DNA of 64,000 nt from Candidatus Poribacteria bacterium (lineage in GTDB: Bacteria > Poribacteria > WGA-4E > WGA-3G). Of the stretch, positions 58,360-64,000 are shown piece after piece. The notes under the pieces are model-generated. The model did no database searches. It saw nothing but the letters and a program-made list of their open reading frames with translations, and was not told the DNA's origin. A program made the position numbers and the translations under genes. The DNA is taken from contig CBDHDL010000021.1 in NCBI GenBank assembly GCA_965261435.1, positions 142,872 through 206,871 on the forward strand. Reading direction: 5' to 3'. Each line of letters starts with the position of its first letter. Position 1 is the stretch's first letter.

Positions 58360-60846
58360 TTAGTGCAATCTATTTGATGCTGGTTCATGTTTTACCGGTT
58401 TTACACATCGAAATCCAATGGTGGGACTTGTACAATCAGGCGAATTTGTAACAATACGAAAAGTGACTCGAATGCCGTTTTTGGAACTAGCCCAAGATCC
58501 TCCGCGCACTACACGACCAGTTACAATATTTCTATAGTTTTTTACAATGCTATTGATACTACCTCCGGATATAGGATTTAGTTCAGGAGATATTGTATAA
58601 AAACTACCGTTATAGTCATCAAGACAATACTCAGAAACATTCCCGTATAGATCATATAAACCATAAGGATTAGAGGCATATTTACCAACAGCTGTTGTAC
58701 TCCCCACTAAAAAGTTATAATTTACATCTGAAGTCTGAGGTAGATTTATAGATTGATTATTCATTCTCCCACGTGCAGCTTTCTCCCATTCTGCTTCTGT
58801 TGGTAGTCGTTTTCCTTTCCAATTGGCATATGCCATGGCTGCATACCAACTCACATAAACTATAGGGTGATTTCCTTTACCTATTGGATAATTGTTACCA
58901 TTCCAATGGTGCAAATATTTGCCATCATGATATTTGCGCAAAATCAGATCTTTGCGCCAATTTTGATGTGAATCAATGAATTTTTTGTATTCCGAATTAG
59001 TTACCTCATAAATGTCTATGTAGAATGCATCTAAATAAACTGAATGTTCTGGTCTTTCATCCCTAAATGCATTTTGATCAGTTGCGCTGCTTCCCATTCG
59101 AAATTCACCAGCAGGTATCAGTACCATCCTTAAGTTGTTATTAATTCTTGGTGAGCTAATACGCGTGTCTTGTAACACTGATTGATTATCAGAGTTCCTA
59201 ATAGATCTAAAAGTGGAAGTTAACCGTTTTATTTCTGCATTTTTCTCGCTGAGTTGAGATTTCAGCTTGTTGTTTTCATTGGTTAATGTCCTTTGATTTT
59301 TTTTCGATGTTTCTACACTTGCTGTAAGCTGCTGAATTTCAGTACTTTGATTTTTCTGACTAAGTTTTAGTCTATCGATTTCAAGTAAAGCGGAATTCTT
59401 CTTATCCATCTGAAACACAAAGGCTATAATGCAACAGACCGAGACTAAGGCTAATAGACCTATGCTGTATTCTTTTATTTTAAATGGGGGTTTTGATGAC
59501 AAAGTATGTGCTGGTTTAGTATGGGTTGGTTGATCGGTAGAATCTTGTTCTTGAGTTGAATTAGCATCTGTAGAGGCATGTATAGAAGTGACTTCTGAAG
59601 TCTTAATAGTTTTCAACAACTGTTTTGCAGGTTGGTAGTGTGGATCAATTCTTAACGCATCACTAATTGCACTATTTGCCTTGTTAATTTCACCCAATTT
59701 AAAATGGGTTAGTCCTAACCCGTAATGTGCTTCTTTATAGTCTGGATCTTGACTGATTGCGTATCCAAATGCAACTATCGCTTCAGTAAATCTCTTAGTG
59801 TGGAGATTAGCAAGGCCAAAACCATAAATAGCGCGCTTATAATTGCAATCTATAGATACGGCCTTCTGGAATTCTATAAGTGCTTCAGTATACTGTTTGT
59901 TGCTTAAAAGTATAAAACCGGAATCTGTATGTGAATTAACATCGGGCATTGGTAGTATATCTTCTAAGGGATGTAATTGATCAATGGAAGTCTTACCACA
60001 ATAATCTTTTAGAGTTGTTGCTAACTGACGAATTTCAGAGGATAATTTGTTAAGTTCTTGAAATATCTCCGATTGGTTTGGATTCTTAAAATCCTCCTTT
60101 GTGAATAGCAAGCCTTTTTCAGTCTTATCTTTAAACTTATCCCACAATTCAGGTCTTTCAGATAAACTAAGAAAAGACAAATATATCACTAACTCAGAAA
60201 AATAATCCATTTTCTCGTTGCATTGATCAGTTCTTAGAGGATGTTGATATTCTGGAAGTCCTGGAGTTGGACTTTTTTGGCCTTGAAGATTAGGTACAAA
60301 GAGACTGTCATAATCAATTAGTTTGATTGTTATATTTTTTCCATTTCTTGTTAGTAGTATATTCCCATCTTGCAGATCACCATGGGATATCTGATTTACA
60401 TGTAGACACTCAAACATTTTCCTAAATTCATCTGCTACTATGGCAAAGATACCAGTATCATTGAGATTCTGATCAACAAATGCGCGCAACAAATCACCAT
60501 CTGTCCATTCCATACGAGTGATCGGCCATTTCTTACCGTTGATTAGGATTCCTTCTTGTACATATTCAAAATCAACGAAGTATGGTAGATTAACTTGTTT
60601 AAGGTATCTATCAATTTTTTCATAACGATTCTTTGAATCACCAATGTCTTTATTCCAGCACCGCAACGCGTATTTACTGTGCGCGATATCAATAGGAAAA
60701 ACAGTTGAAAAACCACCAGTGTATACAAGTAATTGATTTGTCGAATTCTTCTTGGATTTACCTCCTTTAAGTAACGGATCTAGCAAGCAAACATCTGGAT
60801 ATCCACCGACAGCTTGTACATAATCCGCTGGAGTTGGCCAAAGCAT
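58360..60846 (-). CDS. transmembrane protein-kinase-like / TPR / FGE-sulfatase-domain fusion protein
   Basis: N-terminal kinase-like motifs (HGDLQDGNILL; IDYDSLF); three to four TPRs; Ser/Thr-rich linker; TM helix LLALVSVCCIIAFVF; coiled coil. C-terminal FGE/SUMF1-type domain (RMGSS...RDERPEHSVYLDAFYID.YEVTN.EY..F...; YVSWYAAMAYANWKGKRLPTEAEWEKAARG; YGLYDLYGNVSEY; RVVRGGSWAS) that lacks the catalytic Cys pair. Confidence 0.7.
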   Translation of the reverse strand: MLWPTPADYVQAVGGYPDVCLLDPLLKGGKSKKNSTNQLLVYTGGFSTVFPIDIAHSKYALRCWNKDIGDSKNRYEKIDRYLKQVNLPYFVDFEYVQEGILINGKKWPITRMEWTDGDLLRAFVDQNLNDTGIFAIVADEFRKMFECLHVNQISHGDLQDGNILLTRNGKNITIKLIDYDSLFVPNLQGQKSPTPGLPEYQHPLRTDQCNEKMDYFSELVIYLSFLSLSERPELWDKFKDKTEKGLLFTKEDFKNPNQSEIFQELNKLSSEIRQLATTLKDYCGKTSIDQLHPLEDILPMPDVNSHTDSGFILLSNKQYTEALIEFQKAVSIDCNYKRAIYGFGLANLHTKRFTEAIVAFGYAISQDPDYKEAHYGLGLTHFKLGEINKANSAISDALRIDPHYQPAKQLLKTIKTSEVTSIHASTDANSTQEQDSTDQPTHTKPAHTLSSKPPFKIKEYSIGLLALVSVCCIIAFVFQMDKKNSALLEIDRLKLSQKNQSTEIQQLTASVETSKKNQRTLTNENNKLKSQLSEKNAEIKRLTSTFRSIRNSDNQSVLQDTRISSPRINNNLRMVLIPAGEFRMGSSATDQNAFRDERPEHSVYLDAFYIDIYEVTNSEYKKFIDSHQNWRKDLILRKYHDGKYLHHWNGNNYPIGKGNHPIVYVSWYAAMAYANWKGKRLPTEAEWEKAARGRMNNQSINLPQTSDVNYNFLVGSTTAVGKYASNPYGLYDLYGNVSEYCLDDYNGSFYTISPELNPISGGSINSIVKNYRNIVTGRVVRGGSWASSKNGIRVTFRIVTNSPDCTSPTIGFRCVKPVKHEPASNRLH

Positions 60847-60865
60847 AATTACTCCTAAATTCTTA

Positions 60866-61795
60866 CTAATTCTTATTCAACAATACTATTACAAGTATTA
60901 CAAATCCTACTATAAAACCGAAAACACCTGCAAGAAAAGCCCAGAATATGAAACTAATTAATTTTGAAATTGTCTGACTATCTTCATTTGGAATATTATT
61001 TACACCTTCATGGTCATCCGAAATTTCACATTCTTCAATAGAAATCACCATTAATGTAACATCGTCATTGACTAAGCGCAACTCATCGTTACGTGCTTGT
61101 TCAACAAAGTATTCAAATTGTTCTTGTTGTTCTAAATTTGTTAATTTATCAATAATAGGACTTAGCCCTTTTGCTTCGTAGTTTTGTAAAATCCATTTTG
61201 ATAAGGCATCTGTTGCTAAGATAAGAATATCACCAGGGATGATTGTACCATTTTCTTTTCTCGGTGGACCTCCGACAGGATTGTCCTTTGGAAAACTAGC
61301 AAAACTGTCAGGCCTATATGGGAAATCATCTGACTTTTTTAATGGAAAACTGATGCATTTGGAATTCCTTAGATGAAATAGACAACTGTCTCCTATAATT
61401 AAAGCGTCCCATTCACTCCTTTCACGGTTGAATTCAATTCCAATAAAAGTAGAGAGTGCAGATTCATGTTGAGATAGACGATCAACAAGAATATATGACT
61501 TGGATTCTTGGACGATTTTAGATACTAATTCTATCCATTCTTGTTGAATAGGTTTTATCCATTCTTTCCAATTTTTTTCATTCAGTGTCAGGTTTTCATC
61601 TTTTTTGTTACAATAATATTTAACTAAAAGCTCTGCCCATTCTTTTGGAAAGAAAGATAATGTAGCACCATCCGCAACTGCAAAACGACCATTCTCTTCG
61701 TTAAGACCGTAATCGTCTTGACAGTCATCTATGGTTTCCCCTTTTTTATGGGTTTTGAAATGACTAACCTTTAATTTATTCATTAGATAATCCAT
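60866..61795 (-). CDS. PP2C-like protein phosphatase with C-terminal membrane anchor
   Basis: Metal-binding Asp contexts FAVADGAT, IIGDSCLFHL and LILATDALS fit PP2C motif order. The C-terminal hydrophobic helix is FIFWAFLAGVFGFIVGFVILVIVLL. Confidence 0.5.
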   Translation of the reverse strand: MDYLMNKLKVSHFKTHKKGETIDDCQDDYGLNEENGRFAVADGATLSFFPKEWAELLVKYYCNKKDENLTLNEKNWKEWIKPIQQEWIELVSKIVQESKSYILVDRLSQHESALSTFIGIEFNRERSEWDALIIGDSCLFHLRNSKCISFPLKKSDDFPYRPDSFASFPKDNPVGGPPRKENGTIIPGDILILATDALSKWILQNYEAKGLSPIIDKLTNLEQQEQFEYFVEQARNDELRLVNDDVTLMVISIEECEISDDHEGVNNIPNEDSQTISKLISFIFWAFLAGVFGFIVGFVILVIVLLNKN

Positions 61796-61892
61796 TCTTT
61801 ATTCATTATAACACTTATTAAAAAGAACATGAAAAATACGACCATGCAAGGTCTTACAACAAGCCAATAAAACCGGACCAAGACAAACTAAT

Positions 61893-62711
61893 CTATTTAG
61901 TGACTTTTACAAGAGATCCTGGTGAGCCAAATTCAATGATCCGACTGGTCAGAGCTTCATCTGCGTTATACGCGAAGCACCGAGCACCTGGCTGGGGAGC
62001 AAAACCGTGTTCACGGGCACTTGGAAATAAAGATTCAGGTAAAACACTCGAAATACTAAAAAGAAACTCAGCAGATGGATTATCAGAAAACTGTGAGTTA
62101 TCATATTGAAATTCCACTGGGTTGTCAGAATTTGCAATATGGATGTTATAGACTAATACATTTCCATCTGTGGTTTGGAGATTCATTATCGTTCTTGCTG
62201 CATCACCTGCTAAATCTGGATAGGTTGCTTCACCATCTGTGACGTTTATTATCACAGGTGGAAAACTGTCAGGCCAGTCAGCAATCCAATCATTGACAAT
62301 CTTTGAAGCCCTTTCAAATGCTTCATGCATTGGAGTTCCTCCACTTGCGCGAGGGAGTAACCATATTGGCAATTCTACATCTACTTCAACAACGCCGCCT
62401 GCACCATCTGGTATTTTTTTTGTAACTGCCTTTACTTCAATTGGTGAATTATAGACATCATCTATCATTCCTTCCACTACGGTATCAACGTTTTCACCAT
62501 AACTAATCACACTTACAAAGCATCGCGGTCTATACTCCGGACCTACTTGACACTTTAAAGCAAGATTAAAAATTGCACGATTGACTATTAATGTAGCTTG
62601 TTCTAATTTCAATCCAGTTTGCCAATCTTCATTCATAGACCACGACTGATCTACTAAAATAACAATACAACCTGGATTTGATGTTCCTATAGGGAGATTA
62701 CTATAAGCCAT
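61893..62711 (-). CDS. vWA domain protein (TerY-like)
   Basis: MIDAS motifs VILVDQSWSM, SGGTPM and NVTDGEAT. 272 aa. First gene of a vWA / phosphatase / kinase triad. Confidence 0.7.
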   Translation of the reverse strand: MAYSNLPIGTSNPGCIVILVDQSWSMNEDWQTGLKLEQATLIVNRAIFNLALKCQVGPEYRPRCFVSVISYGENVDTVVEGMIDDVYNSPIEVKAVTKKIPDGAGGVVEVDVELPIWLLPRASGGTPMHEAFERASKIVNDWIADWPDSFPPVIINVTDGEATYPDLAGDAARTIMNLQTTDGNVLVYNIHIANSDNPVEFQYDNSQFSDNPSAEFLFSISSVLPESLFPSAREHGFAPQPGARCFAYNADEALTSRIIEFGSPGSLVKVTK

Positions 62712-63119
62712 TCAACCCTCCTATTACTATGAATATGTTTAACACAATACCTTCGCCAAAAATGGACAGTTTTTCATAAGCCAATCAACTTTGAAAAACC
62801 ATTCAATGTGCAGGTGGAGCAGAAAACTACTTTTATCCACATCCTGTTTAGAATACACTAAGTTTAGAACCTTTACACCTCAAGACAGTCAAATGTTTGT
62901 TGAAGTATTTACATGATTAAAATGCTTCTGCTAAAACATGAAACTATTCTAATTCATTAAAATCCTTGAACATCACGGATCGTCGGGTGGTATCCAACAC
63001 ATATCCATTCAACGCAAACTTAGATAATTGGCGAAGTTATTGATAAATGTACTACAACTATAACGAGTTGTGTTAGTTAACTATTTGTTTGTATCCTTTT
63101 CACACAGATGGACTTAATG

Positions 63120-63210
63120 TTATAAACATATCGTCCCTACGGGACTGAAGAGAGGGTATTCTACGTTTTTCTATAAACATATCGTCCCTACGGGACTGAA
63201 GAACCTATCT
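63120..63210. repeat. two direct copies of a 35-bp palindrome-containing unit (CTATAAACATATCGTCCCTACGGGACTGAAGAGA) about 50 bp apart
   Basis: The core GTCCCTACGGGAC is a perfect hairpin. The units are separated by only about 15 bp. Confidence 0.8.
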
Positions 63211-63627
63211 TTCATAAGGAAAACACACTGAATATTGGACACATGTGAAAACATGTTGTACAATAAGTTATTTAGCAGAAGTCGTAACTATAATAATGCA
63301 TATATTCATATTATGCAATAACTATTTTTATATGTTGCTTTATGTTTAATATCTTAATATTAACTTTACAATACGAAAAAAATACCGTAGTTATTCTATA
63401 GGACACAAACTGGGAGTTTGTGGTACAAAAAAGAAACATTTTCAATTAGAAAATGTCAATAAGATACCAGTAAACACTGCGGTGAATCTTTCTATGTTTA
63501 TGGTCAATGTGAGTGCGCGTATGGCATTCGTCCAAATCAACGTCAAATACGCGTTTGGTATATGGTGGGTATCGCTCACGCTCTACCTATAAGTGTAAAC
63601 TTAAGGAATTTTCTATGTCAGAAATCC

Positions 63628-63810
63628 TCTCCAGTCCCGTAGGGACGCTATGTTTATAGTTAAACGTTATACAACCCCTCTTTAGTCCCGTAGGGACGAT
63701 ATGTGTAGTAGTTCATCCTGATATAAACATATCGTCCCTACGGGACTGAAGAGAGGTGAGGGTATACATTTTTCTATAAACATATCGTCCCTACGGGACT
63801 GAAGAGAAGA
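63628..63810. repeat. cluster of four more copies of the same unit, two inverted then two direct
   Basis: Inverted copies at about 63629..63660 and 63677..63708; direct copies at 63722..63757 and 63771..63808; the period is 48-53 bp. Confidence 0.8.
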
Positions 63811-64000
63811 CAATCCCAATAACTATAAGGGTTCGAAATGATTCATAGAAACATCAAAATTCTCTTAAATTGACACCTATAGGTTTCGCTTCGCTCTACC
63901 CGACCTACAAGTTAAGTATTGACAGAACACTAATGTGAACCTGAACTGTCGAATTTCCTGATCGCATCATCAATTGCTTTTCTGTATGCAGCTCTGGCTA

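Noticed and set aside
63120-63810. CRISPR array from the 35-bp palindromic repeats
   Set aside because: The intervening sequences are only about 14-16 bp, the copies occur in both orientations, and the palindromic core is highly conserved. This is a REP/BIME-like cluster, not CRISPR.
1-64000. tRNA/rRNA genes and transposase/integrase genes
   Set aside because: I scanned intergenic regions for T-loop-like GTTCGANTC contexts with acceptor pairing and for IS-like ORFs and found none convincing. Sequences such as GGTTTCGCTTCGCTCTACCCGACCTACAAG are part of a dispersed repeat, not a tRNA.

Overview
This 64-kb window looks like chromosomal DNA from a bacterium of unknown lineage with roughly 40% GC. 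The combination of a Pup-proteasome cluster, T9SS-type C-terminal sorting domains, Uma2 nucleases, many Gfo/Idh/MocA oxidoreductases and dense dispersed palindromic repeats suggests an uncultivated non-actinobacterial lineage; I cannot place it more precisely from sequence alone.

Housekeeping genes are recA, ppdK, metH, apt, rtcB, thpR and pgsA, plus a D-aminoacylase and an adjacent disulfide oxidoreductase. The main accessory and unusual content is:

- (a) a minus-strand two-gene operon of an SNF2-family helicase and a 1213-aa sacsin/MORC-like GHKL ATPase, set in repeat-rich intergenic DNA; this is my lead candidate for an undescribed conflict system;
- (b) a complete arc-dop-pup-prcB-prcA-pafA Pup-proteasome locus;
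- (c) about 11 kb of giant, internally repetitive LRR/cadherin surface-protein genes: three consecutive ORFs that read as one gene broken by two +1 frameshifts, and a paralog with an N-terminal outer-membrane beta-barrel and a stop-truncated sorting domain;
- (d) five tandem VOC (bleomycin-resistance-like) paralogs;
- (e) a TerY-P-like triad: vWA, PP2C-like phosphatase, and a transmembrane kinase fused to TPR repeats and a cysteine-less FGE domain;
- (f) a small island between ppdK and pafA carrying an ADP-ribosyltransferase-like candidate toxin, an XhlA-like gene, membrane proteins and one of two Uma2 nucleases;
- (g) several families of short hairpin-containing interspersed repeats, including a spacerless 32-nt tandem array inside a TIR-flanked element inserted immediately upstream of metH.

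I found no rRNA, tRNA, bona fide CRISPR array, transposase or integrase.
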